The notes beneath the pieces were generated by a model. The model did not search any database. It was not told the DNA's origin and saw only the letters and a program-made list of their open reading frames with translations. A stretch of 64,000 nt of DNA from assembly GCA_963713825.1 (NCBI GenBank), contig CAVQNG010000014.1, positions 96,001 to 160,000 on the forward strand, given 5' to 3'. The translations under genes were made by a program, and so were the position numbers. The DNA comes from an uncultured Acidobacteriota bacterium (GTDB taxonomy: Bacteria; Acidobacteriota; Thermoanaerobaculia; Multivoradales; JAHEKO01). Positions within the stretch are counted from its first letter, which is position 1; each line of letters begins with the position of its first letter. Positions 9,938 to 19,350 of this stretch are shown here, in pieces.

Positions 9938-11361
9938 TTCATGGCTCCACCGGTTTCTGTCTCTTGGCAGCGGCCTCCTCGAGGACTTGTTCCACCACCT
10001 GCTTCGCTCGCGGGGATCTCGGCCCCGAGAGCAGCGGCTATCGTGCGCTGTTTGTCGAGAAAGCTCTCGAGCAGGTCCTCGTCCTGCAGGTCCTGAAGCT
10101 CCATAACGCGATCCCAGCTTGTCGGGCGGATGCGAGCAACTGCTGTGCCGACGCCCTTCGGACCTTCATCGGAGTCTGGACCGGCGGCCTTCGCCGCCAA
10201 CTCCGACTGCTCGTTCAAGAGGTGCTGCCCAACGGTCACGACCCAGGCATCCGCCGCGATGCCGGTAACTCCCGCGGCACCGCGGCCCTCAGCCAGGATG
10301 TCGATCGGCCGAAACACCACCCGATAGACGGTCTCCGCGCTCCAGGTATCGGCTTCGGCAGGCTCTTCGAGGCCTGCCGCTTCCTGGACCTCGAAGACTC
10401 CACGCTGGCCAGAAGCCGGATTCTCCCAGACCGCGCCCACCGGCACGAGGATCGCCTGCTGGCTCTGACCGACGAGAATGCGCACGGTGGCGAACATCCC
10501 TGGCCTCAGTGCGCCGGCGCGATTGTCGACATCGATCTCACCCAGGGTCGTAAAGCTGTCCGCGGCAAGAAAGGGGGAGATGCGCGACAGAAAAGCCCGG
10601 ATCGGCTCAGCTGCCGCCGAGCGGGTTGCGATCTCCACCGACTGGCCCACTTCGACACGGGAGAGCATGGCTTCGGTCAGATCGACTTCGACAATCAGCT
10701 CGTTCAGATCGCCCATCACAAAGAGGATATCTGCGGAGTCGACCAACATTCCCACTTCGGCGCGACGCTCGCCGAGTTGGCCGGAAACCGGAGCGCGTAC
10801 AACGGTCTTGGCTCTGGAGGAACGCCTCTCTACGGCTGTAGCCTGCGCCTGCTCGACGCGTGCCGTGGCTTCGTCGGTGCTGGCATGAAGGGTGTCGAGC
10901 TGAGCTTCGAGCGTCTCGAGCTCCTGCTCACTGATCAGTTCCTCAGCCGCCAGGGTTCGGGTCCTGGCCACCCGTGCCTCGAGCTCCACGACCCGGGCTC
11001 TGGCCGCCGCCGCACTTGCTTCCGCCAGACGGACATTGGCTTCGGCCTGTCGCAGCCGTTCGCGGGCCTCGACTTCGTCCAGACGAACCAGAGGCTGGCC
11101 ACGTTCGACCACCTCGCCGCTGCGGACCAGGACTTCCACGACTCGGCCCTCCATCTCTGGACGGATCGCCACCTGATTGCGGGCTCGGACCACGCCGGGC
11201 ACCGTCACCTCGATTGGCAGTGCACCAACGCGAGACTGAACCGCCTCTACCAGGGGTGCCAGTGTCGGCTTGCTCTCCTCGCGGTCGGTGCTCCCGCAGG
11301 CAAGGCCAAACACCAGGCACAGGCATACTGCGGCGCGGAGTATGGGTTGAAGAGTGTTCAT
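9928..11361 (-). CDS. RND efflux periplasmic adaptor (MFP) subunit, lipoprotein
   Basis: Lipobox GLAC; lipoyl motif GRVVEVLVRSGEVVERGQPL; helical hairpin; RAPVSG; LRPGMFA; overlaps the permease start. Confidence 0.92.
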   Translation of the reverse strand: MNTLQPILRAAVCLCLVFGLACGSTDREESKPTLAPLVEAVQSRVGALPIEVTVPGVVRARNQVAIRPEMEGRVVEVLVRSGEVVERGQPLVRLDEVEARERLRQAEANVRLAEASAAAARARVVELEARVARTRTLAAEELISEQELETLEAQLDTLHASTDEATARVEQAQATAVERRSSRAKTVVRAPVSGQLGERRAEVGMLVDSADILFVMGDLNELIVEVDLTEAMLSRVEVGQSVEIATRSAAAEPIRAFLSRISPFLAADSFTTLGEIDVDNRAGALRPGMFATVRILVGQSQQAILVPVGAVWENPASGQRGVFEVQEAAGLEEPAEADTWSAETVYRVVFRPIDILAEGRGAAGVTGIAADAWVVTVGQHLLNEQSELAAKAAGPDSDEGPKGVGTAVARIRPTSWDRVMELQDLQDEDLLESFLDKQRTIAAALGAEIPASEAGGGTSPRGGRCQETETGGAMKCA

Positions 11362-11537
11362 CGCCCTGATCTTTCCCCTTCGACACCCCGCTCAGCCAGA
11401 ATCGAACGGGGCGGTAGACTATCAGCTGAGCGGTCGGACACGCTTCAGCTTCTCTTCTCGGGCCTCGCTAGGCGGGTGTGGCGACCGGATTTGAATTCAC
11501 CGGCATGAGCGGTTTCTGGTGCGGGTGGGGTGAAATG

Positions 11538-11635
11538 ATGAGCAGGGGGTCGGTACTCGAGATCATGGTGGCGCCATGCTTGGCAAAGACCTCACACAGG
11601 ATAGGCCCCATGAACAGGTGCGCAGTGGCCAGGAA
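11538..11635 (-). pseudogene. Fragment of an HheD-type halohydrin dehalogenase / SDR N-terminus
   Basis: TAHLFMGPILCEVFAKHGATMISSTDPL resembles the recalled HheD segment FMGPVLCEVFARHGATVIA; the rest of the gene is absent. Confidence 0.5.
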
Positions 11636-11812
11636 GACCGAGAGCTGCTGGCGTCGAGCCAGGTTCTCGAGGACGAGGTGACGTCGAGTTCGGAAGGCTG
11701 AAGATGTGGACCGGAGGAACACTCCAAGAAGGCGAATCATCACGCGGAGAGGATATCCGCTACCGGTGTGAAGGCTGCTGTCTACTGGACGGATGAGAAA
11801 ACGACAGGGACA
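11636..11812 (-). mobile_element. Truncated IS left end with transposase N-terminus
   Basis: LVLENLARRQQL is homologous to FVLENLALRHQL at 14559; terminus TGTCCCTGTCG..CTCATCCGTCCA resembles the IS end at 14462. Confidence 0.6.
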
Positions 11813-11827
11813 ACCGAGGGTCAGCCA

Positions 11828-14407
11828 CTAGCCGCTACTGGTCTCGGCGAGAAAACGCTCGTGGCATGCCTTGCCGGCGGCGCGGACGTCGGCCCACTCC
11901 TCGGCAAACTCGGGATCATTGCGCAGGCTGGCAATCAGAGGATCGGTATCGATGTGCGGGTACGAGCAGTAACCCCCATCGATCGCCCGCTCCAACAACT
12001 CTAGAGCGACCTCGTGCTCGCCGGCGAAAGCAAAAATGGCCGCATTCCAGTGGACCTGCTCCACGTCATTGAGGAGGTCCGTGAAACCCATCTCTTGCTG
12101 CAGTACCTCCGGCGCCATGGTCCGATCTTCCAAAACGGGCTCGAGACTCGCTGCCAGGATGGTATAGCTCGTATTCCGTGACAGCTCCAGCGCCTCCTCG
12201 AGGCGCCCTTGCCGTATCCGAACGACGGCCAGATTGCCAAAGTAGAAGTCGTTGCCAGGACTCAGATCGAGGAACTGCTCGGCCCGATCGTAGCGACTCG
12301 CCAGGTAGTTGGTGATGCCGCACGATCGAAAGCCTGGGTTGTTCGGGTCGAGACCGAGGGCCGTATCGCAATCCCGCACCGATTGCTCGATCGCACCGGC
12401 ATAGCGCAAAAGGTAGGCGCGGAGAAAATAGACCCGGCCAACTCTTGGGCGCTGTTCGATCAACTGACTCGCGGCCCTGTAGGCCTTGGCCAGCTCACCA
12501 CGCTCGATATCGATCATGATGACCCGCACTTGTGGCTCGATCAGCTCGGGATCGAGCTCCAAGGCCCGGTGGGCAGCTTCGATGGCCCTGTCACTGTCCT
12601 CGAATGTACCGCCGCCGTAAAGCACGTAGAAATGCAGGCGATTGGCCAGCTCTCCCCAGGCTGGCGCGTAGTTCGGGTCGAGCTCGACGGCCCGCTCCAC
12701 CAGGGCCAAAGCCTCGCTATTCGGAGCGGGATCCGAGCTCATCGAGAGGCTACGTAGATAGAAATTGTACGCTTCCTCGTTGGTCGGCAACGTACCGGTC
12801 GACGCCAGCGTGGCGCCGGGATCGAGAATCGGCATCAATCCCTGCTCCACCCTCTCGGCCACCGCTTGGCGGAGCGACAAGAGCTCCTGCCATCCAACCA
12901 CGACACTGTCTCGCCAGACCACGCTATTGCCATCGACATCGATAGCCTCGAGCGTCAGTCTCAGCTGATCCCCCTCTTTGAGATACTGACCCGTCACCAC
13001 GTTGGCAACACCAAGCTCTCGCCCGAGGGTCAAGGGATCTGTTCCCGCGGTATCGAGCCGCGAGGTGGTCGAGAAGGGGCGAATCGACAGACCCGAGCCG
13101 CGACTCAAGGCCGTCGTGATTTCATCAGGCACCGCCAGTCGCAGATAATCCAGCTCGGCGTTCGCGCCGAGATTGGCAAACGGCAGCACGGCAACAGAGC
13201 GCGGATCCTGCTCTTCAGCTGCGACTGCAACCGCATCGGTGGTCTCGGTTGGAGCCGATGTTTGCCGGCCCTGCCACCAGAAGATTCCCACAACGAGGAT
13301 CCCCGCTGCTGCGACGATTGCCCCGAGCAGACCCCACGGACGCCTCGCTTCTGGCTGCGGTCCACTAACTTGCGCCGGGACCTCGGCGACGGACGAAGCC
13401 GGATCAGTCACAACCGTCGCGCCGCCGCTGACCGCAGACGCTGGTGCACTCACAGGTGGCCCTGGAGCGCTCGAAACGGGCCCGCTCGCCGCAGCTCCCT
13501 GGAGCACGGGTGTCCCGGTGGTCGTCGAGAGCTGCCCCGAGTCGACCTCGCCGCGGAGCCCTTCAAGCTCATTGCGCACGTCTTTGGCCGACTGGTAGCG
13601 CCGCTCCGGGTCTTTCTCCAAACAGTGCTGAATGATCCGCGCCAGGTGGCGCGGCAGATCGGCCCGCATCTCGACCACCGAGGACGGCGTGTCCTTCAGG
13701 ATGCTCGAAGCTAGCTCGATCCCCGAGTCGCCTTGAAAGGGTCGCCGACCGGTGACCATCTCATAGAGCAAGATGCCGAACGAGAAGATATCGGTGCGCG
13801 AGTCCACCTCTTTACCGCTCAGCTGCTCGGGACTCATGTAGGGCGCGGTGCCCATGACAGTGCCTTCGCCGGTCAGCGCTGCCGATTGCGTCAGCGCTTC
13901 GGTCGCCACATCCAAAAATGTAGTCGGCGAGGTTTCCGTCGCCAGCTTAGCGAGCCCGAAATCCAAAACTTTGATATTGCCGTCGGCGGTGACCATGACG
14001 TTGGCTGGCTTCAAATCCCTATGGGTGATGCCCTTCTCGTGCGCTGCCGCCAAGGCATCGGCCAGCGGAATGGCATACGCAAAGACCTCGGCCAGCGGCA
14101 TTCCACCCGGCGGCAGAACCCGATCGAGGCTCCTGCCCTCGACCTTTTCCATCACCAGCAAACGCCGTCCCTCGGCCTCTTCCACATTGAACAGCGTGAC
14201 GATATTGGGATGATTGAGCGATGCCACAGCCCGCGCCTCGCGCCGAAACCTCTCCAAGCGCTCCGGGCTCTCCTCGGCCATCGGCGGCAAGATCTTCAGT
14301 GCAACCTCCCGGCCGAGCTCCGTATCCTCGGCCAGATAGACCTCACCCATCCCACCCTCACCGAGCTTCGCAACGATTTTGTACCGCGAGAGAGTCTTTC
14401 CGATCAT
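11828..14407 (-). CDS. Ser/Thr protein kinase with TM, TolB-like and TPR domains
   Basis: MIGKTLSRY, GEGGMG, HRDLKPAN, DFGLAK, GTAPYMSPEQ, TM helix, SVAVLPFANL, TPR (ELDPNYAPAW). Confidence 0.93.
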   Translation of the reverse strand: MIGKTLSRYKIVAKLGEGGMGEVYLAEDTELGREVALKILPPMAEESPERLERFRREARAVASLNHPNIVTLFNVEEAEGRRLLVMEKVEGRSLDRVLPPGGMPLAEVFAYAIPLADALAAAHEKGITHRDLKPANVMVTADGNIKVLDFGLAKLATETSPTTFLDVATEALTQSAALTGEGTVMGTAPYMSPEQLSGKEVDSRTDIFSFGILLYEMVTGRRPFQGDSGIELASSILKDTPSSVVEMRADLPRHLARIIQHCLEKDPERRYQSAKDVRNELEGLRGEVDSGQLSTTTGTPVLQGAAASGPVSSAPGPPVSAPASAVSGGATVVTDPASSVAEVPAQVSGPQPEARRPWGLLGAIVAAAGILVVGIFWWQGRQTSAPTETTDAVAVAAEEQDPRSVAVLPFANLGANAELDYLRLAVPDEITTALSRGSGLSIRPFSTTSRLDTAGTDPLTLGRELGVANVVTGQYLKEGDQLRLTLEAIDVDGNSVVWRDSVVVGWQELLSLRQAVAERVEQGLMPILDPGATLASTGTLPTNEEAYNFYLRSLSMSSDPAPNSEALALVERAVELDPNYAPAWGELANRLHFYVLYGGGTFEDSDRAIEAAHRALELDPELIEPQVRVIMIDIERGELAKAYRAASQLIEQRPRVGRVYFLRAYLLRYAGAIEQSVRDCDTALGLDPNNPGFRSCGITNYLASRYDRAEQFLDLSPGNDFYFGNLAVVRIRQGRLEEALELSRNTSYTILAASLEPVLEDRTMAPEVLQQEMGFTDLLNDVEQVHWNAAIFAFAGEHEVALELLERAIDGGYCSYPHIDTDPLIASLRNDPEFAEEWADVRAAGKACHERFLAETSSG

Positions 14408-14461
14408 GTCTGCAGACCGATTGTAGAACTTCCAGCCCCCGCATGGGAGGGCGCAAGGCCC

Positions 14462-15320
14462 TGTAGGGCGCCAGAACCCCATCCGCCCAACGAAATCGTT
14501 GACACCCTGCAGTGATCGCCGGCTGACTGAGCTGATGCTCTAGATCTTCTTCACGATCGTGAGGACGCTCCGATCTGCCCTCAAGGTTCGGCGAGATTTC
14601 GTCCTCGAGAACCTGGCACTTCGACACCAGCTCGCTGTCCTGACGCGCTCGGGTAACCGTCCCCGCTTTCGCCCAGCTGATCGCTTTCTCTGCACCTGGC
14701 TCCGGTCTCTCTGGGACTGTTGGAGACAATCGCTTGTCCTCGTTCTCCCGGCAACCGTCGTTCGCTGGCATCGCGAGGGTTTCCGGCGATATTGGGCTCG
14801 GAAGTCTCGTCGCCAGCCGGGTAGACCGCGAGTCGATCCAGAGCTCTTGAGACTCATCCGCCTGATGGCCACTACAAACCCACTTTGGGGAGCGCCTGAT
14901 CGGTTCTGTCCGGCGCGAGTGCCTCGATCACGTAATCGTCCTTGGAGAGGCACATTCGCGCCACGTCCTCGGCACCCACTTCGCCTACTACCAGCGCTCG
15001 AGAATCCACCTCTTCCTGAACAAAGATGCTCCCAACCCGACAGACATCCAGCCACCGGCGATGGGTGAGGTCATCGAGCTACCCGAAGTCGGTGGGCTCC
15101 ATCATCGCTACGAACGCCGGGCGGCCTGACCACTGGACCGCCTCTCCGAGATCAGCGCCCTCTAGCCCGCCCCAAAGCTGGACCGCTGCGCCCGAGCCCC
15201 GAACGCGGCCCGCAGAAGTCACCGCTCCGACCCTGGCACGGGCCAGTCGGCGTGCGCCCATCGAAGGATCGGAGCCCAATCCCGCGCATAATCGGCCAGA
15301 CGGGGTTTACGATACGGACA
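14462..15320 (+). mobile_element. Internally deleted IS (rve integrase-core transposase, TGT...ACA ends, IS481/IS3-like)
   Basis: Imperfect inverted repeats TGTAGGGCGCCAGAACCCCATC / GACGGGGTTTACGATACGGACA enclose the transposase remnant. Confidence 0.7.
14535..15129 (+). pseudogene. Transposase pseudogene
   Basis: ATG-CTC-TAG early stop; PATVVRWHR..PGRP..NPLWGAP joined out of frame to ERLIGSVRRECLDHVI..GGLHHRYERRAA*; the central catalytic region is missing. Confidence 0.8.
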
Positions 15321-15425
15321 AGGAGATTGCACATACCAATGGACCGTGGATGGACCATGTGAGCTGGAGGTGTCTAGTGTCGCCACTTGACCTTACGGCA
15401 AATGTCCTGTTTTGAGGGAGTTGCT

Positions 15426-15470
15426 TGGCGCGCCGGCAGGGACTCGAACCCCGAACCCCCAGATCCGAAG
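15426..15470 (-). repeat. 45-bp direct repeat of the tRNA-Arg 3' half (att site)
   Basis: TGGCGCGCCGGCAGGGACTCGAACCCCGAACCCCCAGATCCGAAG is identical to 17252-17296. Confidence 0.93.
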
Positions 15471-15536
15471 CAGGGGGGTTCAGGGACTTCTCAGAAGGTT
15501 CTCTTGAGCCCCTGGGACCGTTTCGGCAAAGCTGAG

Positions 15537-16058
15537 CTAGGGCTTCCCGCCGTCAGAAACTCGGAAACCCAGAGGATTCAGTAGTAGTTCAGGTGCGACG
15601 ACCTCGGGTTGCTTCATGTCGAGCGGTCTACAGGGCGAGTGGGCCAGGAACAGCGACAACTCGAGCAGAGTCATTTCGGGCTCGGTGGCCAGAATGTCCC
15701 TGGTCATGTGGGTGAAATCGGTCATCGATCCAAGCACCACGCGGCTGTTTGTCCGTCCGTAGTACATTGGATCCATCAGGGACAACTCGCGATCGATAGC
15801 CTCTTGCGGAACCTTCAGCGCGAGGAGCACGTCTGTGAGAAGTCTCAGGAATCGCTTTTCAAAATGGTCGAGATCCCGAGCTGTCGTGACGATCGGGAGC
15901 AGGGACCGCTCGCTGACCAGGATTAGAAAGTGCCCCTGCGGGGTGTAGACGATGTTTGCGAACCAATCTCCCAGCCGATTCTCTGGAGGGGGCGGCTCGC
16001 CTGGATCTCGGATTCCCAGCCGTTTGAGGAGCTTCGCCGTGCATCGAAGGGTCGTCAT
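15537..16058 (-). CDS. DUF6933-like protein
   Basis: LRCTAKLLKRL, LGDWFAN and RTNSRVVLGSMTD motifs. Confidence 0.6.
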   Translation of the reverse strand: MTTLRCTAKLLKRLGIRDPGEPPPPENRLGDWFANIVYTPQGHFLILVSERSLLPIVTTARDLDHFEKRFLRLLTDVLLALKVPQEAIDRELSLMDPMYYGRTNSRVVLGSMTDFTHMTRDILATEPEMTLLELSLFLAHSPCRPLDMKQPEVVAPELLLNPLGFRVSDGGKP

Positions 16059-16123
16059 GGTTCTTCCTCGTCCAATGCAGATGGGGGCAGAAAGCCGTGC
16101 CTGATGAAGAAGCCTCCTGGGAA

Positions 16124-16462
16124 TCAGTCAGCGAGAGTCCGCTCGAGAGCATCGATCATCTCGCGCAGATCAGTCGACACGACATTCCAGACAATGTCAT
16201 GGTCCACCGCGGCGTAGCCGTGTACCAGACGATTCCTCATGCCGATGATTTCCTTCCAGGGAATCTCGGGCGAGTTCGCCCTGGTCGAAGGTGAGACCTT
16301 GCTCGCAGCCTCGCCGATGACCTCGACAAAGCGCTCCAGGGCTGCAGCCAGGATCAGGTCAGAGTCGAGATCTGATCGATCCTTCTCTGCGACCGCTTCA
16401 ACTGCCCGGCGGGCGTGATCGAGCATGTCGCGAAGGAGAACGTTGTCTTCAGGCGGCCTCAT
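16124..16462 (-). CDS. HEPN (DUF86/HepT) ribonuclease toxin
   Basis: EVIGEAA, IPWKEIIGMRNRLVHGY (RxxxxH motif). Confidence 0.93.
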   Translation of the reverse strand: MRPPEDNVLLRDMLDHARRAVEAVAEKDRSDLDSDLILAAALERFVEVIGEAASKVSPSTRANSPEIPWKEIIGMRNRLVHGYAAVDHDIVWNVVSTDLREMIDALERTLAD

Positions 16463-16751
16463 AGATGGGTATCGCTTCGGCAGTCACGCGATCGCGGAAG
16501 TGTGGGCTGAGGAACCCGGGTGTGTTCAGGTCGACCTCTCGCCCGACCAGGTTTGACAGTTCATCCTGTATAGCGATGAATTGCAGGCCTACGTTGTGCC
16601 CCGGGATGAACTCGACGAGCAGGTCAATGTCGCTGTCTGGATGCAGTTCGCGCCGCGCAGCCGATCCGAAGACAGCCAAGCGGCGAATGCCATGTTGCCG
16701 ACACAGCTCAGCGAGCTTTCGTTGGTCGATCTCGAGTACTGCCCGGTTCAT
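16449..16751 (-). CDS. Minimal nucleotidyltransferase (MntA) antitoxin
   Basis: VFGSAARRELHPDSDIDLLVEF (GS-x10-DxD), GREVDL; overlaps the HEPN gene. Confidence 0.93.
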   Translation of the reverse strand: MNRAVLEIDQRKLAELCRQHGIRRLAVFGSAARRELHPDSDIDLLVEFIPGHNVGLQFIAIQDELSNLVGREVDLNTPGFLSPHFRDRVTAEAIPIYEAA

Positions 16752-16941
16752 CGCCTCGTGATGATACCGCAGTGAGGCTGAGTGGTAAGGGGCGGGTGAG
16801 GTCCTCTAGTGGGTGGGACGTGAGGTGGAGAAGGGCGTAGGTACAGCCCCCGTCAGTCTGCCGAACGCGAGCGACAGGGTAGAACTGGAGAACTACTCTC
16901 AGGTGTGAGTCAGGAAGCTGCGTCTGAAGTACCGACACCAA

Positions 16942-17148
16942 GCGCCGGGCTTCGAGCCTCAGCGAGTATCGGCCGTTCACTCTCTCGAACTGATTTGCCT
17001 TCGTCTGGCTGTGAGGAAGGGTAGCGAGAACGAACATTCTTGGCATGAAACCAAGAGCGCCGGCCTCGTGAACATCTCGAATTTCGATGGGAAGAACTCG
17101 AGCGGAGGGCCGGTCTTCCAACAGCAGGTGCTGGCGCATCAAGCCCAC
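16942..17148 (-). pseudogene. Truncated plasmid-type replication initiator (RepA_C-like)
   Basis: GFMPRMFVLATLPHS..FERVNGRYSLRL resembles a RepA N-terminus; similarity then breaks off. Confidence 0.55.
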
Positions 17149-17251
17149 CGCAATCCCTGCCTGCGCACCAATAGCGCACCAAATCGCCGATTTGGGGGTC
17201 TGAGGCCGACTCCAAGAATCGATGTAAATGTCTTAGTTTGAGGGAGTTGAG

Positions 17252-17328
17252 TGGCGCGCCGGCAGGGACTCGAACCCCGAACCCCCAGATCCGAAGTCTG
17301 GTGCTCTATCCAATTGAGCTACCGGCGC
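17252..17328 (-). tRNA. tRNA-Arg(TCG)
   Basis: GCGCCGG-TA-GCTCAATTGGATAGAGC-A-CCAGA-CTTCGGA-TCTGG-GGGTT-CGGGGTTCGAGTCCCTG-CCGGCGC-GCCA; 77-nt cloverleaf with encoded CCA. Confidence 0.97.
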
Positions 17329-17493
17329 ACGGAAAAGTGTTGTCTCACAACTGGTGCAAAGATGCAAGCACCCGGATGAAGACGCAGTGAAGATCGTCAT
17401 GCCGCATAGCGGCGAAAACGGGTAGAATCGGGCTTGAAAGCGGGAGCGGTCGTCCGCAGGGGGCGAGGCCAACTCTCGGCGCGGGAGGTAAAC

Positions 17494-19329
17494 GTGGACT
17501 ACAACGTCGATTTCAGGGATGTGAAGTTTCAGATCTTCGATTGGCTGCCCACCGAGCGACTGCTGGGCAAGGGAATGTACGAGGACTGGGATCGGGATAG
17601 CCTCGAGATGGTCCTGGCGGAGGCTCTCAAAATCTCACAAGAAGAGATTGCACCGACCAACGAAGACGGAGATCAAGAGGGCTCTACTCTCGAAGATGGA
17701 GTCGTCAAGGTTCCCTCGTCATTCAAGGCGCCCTACAAGACGGTCGCGGAGGGCGGCTGGATTGGTTGTACGAACAATCCGGAGTTTGGCGGTCTGGGCA
17801 TTCCGGTCGTCGTGGGCACGGCGGTCAATGAGTTCTTTTCCGGTGCCAACCTCTCTTTGGCGCTGGTTCTCATGCTGACGCGTGGTGCTGGTGAGCTCGT
17901 CGAGGAGTTCGGTACCGACGAGATGCGCGAGCTCTTCTGCGACAAGCTGTTTTCCGGTGAGTGGACCGGCACGATGTGCTTGACGGAGCCGCAGGCAGGT
18001 TCTGATGTCGGAGCTTCGACGAGCAAGGCGGAGCCCCAGGAGAACGGGCGCTATCTCATCTCCGGTGAGAAGATCTTCATCACCTACGGCGATCACGACC
18101 TGACGGACAACGTGATCCACGCGGTGCTAGCTCGGCTTCCGGGAGCGAAGCCCGGAACCAAGGGTCTCTCCCTCTTCATCGTGCCGAAATATCGAGTCAA
18201 CCCCGATGGCAGCTTGGGCGAGCCGAACGACGTCCAGTGCGCCAGCATCGAGCACAAGATGGGCATCCACGGTTCACCCACGTGCTCGATGCTCTTCGGG
18301 CAGAATGGGGCCTGCGAAGGCTTTCTGGTAGGCGAAGAGAACAAGGGCATGAAGCTCATGTTCACGATGATGAATGCCGCCAGGCTGGAAGTGGGCTTGC
18401 AGGGTGTGGCCGTGGCAGGAGCAGCCCATCAGGCGGCGCAGGCATACGCTCGCGAACGGGTCCAAAGTCGGCATTGGAGTGGGGCACGCGACGCCGGCCC
18501 GGTTGCCATCGTCGAGCACCCCGATGTGCGTCGTCTGCTGCTGCTGTCCGACTCCTATGTGCAGGGGATGAGGGCTCTTCTACTCCAGACCGCCCTGTAC
18601 CAGGATATGGCCCGCGCACTGAATGGAGAAGAGGCGGTGAGCTACAAGGCCATTAGTGAGCTGCTAACCCCTATCTGCAAAGCCTGGTGCACCGACTGGA
18701 GCTTCAGGGTGACGGAGTGGTGCCTGCAGGTCTTTGGAGGCTATGGCTACACGAAGGACTATCCGGCGGAGCAGTATCTGAGGGATGCCAAGATCGGCTC
18801 CATCTACGAAGGCACCAACGGTATCCAGGCGCTCGATCTCGTCGCGCGCAAGATCCCGTCCCATGAGGGCAAGCCGTTCGGCGAGCTTCTGGCTCGAGTC
18901 GGCAATACAGTGAAGAACCTGCGTGGGGACTCGCTGCTCGGGGGGCCAGCGCTGCGGCTCGGCAAGGCGGTCAAGCAAGTCGAGGAGACCGTGGGGGAGG
19001 TCTCACAACGCCCCGACATGATGCAGTCGCTGATGCTGAATGCGGTGCCGATGCTCGACATGGTTGGCACGACTCTGGCCGGTAACTTCTTGCTGGAGCA
19101 GGCCAATCTTGCGAAGGCCAAGCTCGAGAAGATCCTGCAGGCAAAGAGCGTCGATGCCGAGGATGGGGATGCTCTCGCAGCCCTGCTGAGCGACGATGAA
19201 GAGGCCGCTTTCTACCACAACAAGATTCAGGCGGCGATCCACTTCGCTTTCAGGGTTCTGCCCATGGTCAAGGCGATGGGTGTAGCGGTTCGGGCCGGTG
19301 AATCGGCTCCCATCGCGGCACATCTCTAG
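17494..19329 (+). CDS. Acyl-CoA dehydrogenase (long, FadE5-like)
   Basis: TMCLTEPQAGSDVG, GEKIFIT, EHKMGIHGSPTC, QVFGGYGY, IYEGTNGIQALDL; GTG start after GGAGG. Confidence 0.93.
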   Translation: MDYNVDFRDVKFQIFDWLPTERLLGKGMYEDWDRDSLEMVLAEALKISQEEIAPTNEDGDQEGSTLEDGVVKVPSSFKAPYKTVAEGGWIGCTNNPEFGGLGIPVVVGTAVNEFFSGANLSLALVLMLTRGAGELVEEFGTDEMRELFCDKLFSGEWTGTMCLTEPQAGSDVGASTSKAEPQENGRYLISGEKIFITYGDHDLTDNVIHAVLARLPGAKPGTKGLSLFIVPKYRVNPDGSLGEPNDVQCASIEHKMGIHGSPTCSMLFGQNGACEGFLVGEENKGMKLMFTMMNAARLEVGLQGVAVAGAAHQAAQAYARERVQSRHWSGARDAGPVAIVEHPDVRRLLLLSDSYVQGMRALLLQTALYQDMARALNGEEAVSYKAISELLTPICKAWCTDWSFRVTEWCLQVFGGYGYTKDYPAEQYLRDAKIGSIYEGTNGIQALDLVARKIPSHEGKPFGELLARVGNTVKNLRGDSLLGGPALRLGKAVKQVEETVGEVSQRPDMMQSLMLNAVPMLDMVGTTLAGNFLLEQANLAKAKLEKILQAKSVDAEDGDALAALLSDDEEAAFYHNKIQAAIHFAFRVLPMVKAMGVAVRAGESAPIAAHL

Positions 19330-19350
19330 GGAACGAGCTTGGTTGGGGAG

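Noticed and set aside
9964-11508. 514-aa plus-strand ORF
   Set aside because: Antisense shadow of the RND adaptor gene in high-GC DNA; no motifs.
11468-11743. Functional 91-aa protein
   Set aside because: Chimera of a transposase stub and an SDR-like fragment.
15426-15470. Second tRNA-Arg gene
   Set aside because: Only the 3' 45 nt are present; the D arm and 5' acceptor strand are missing.
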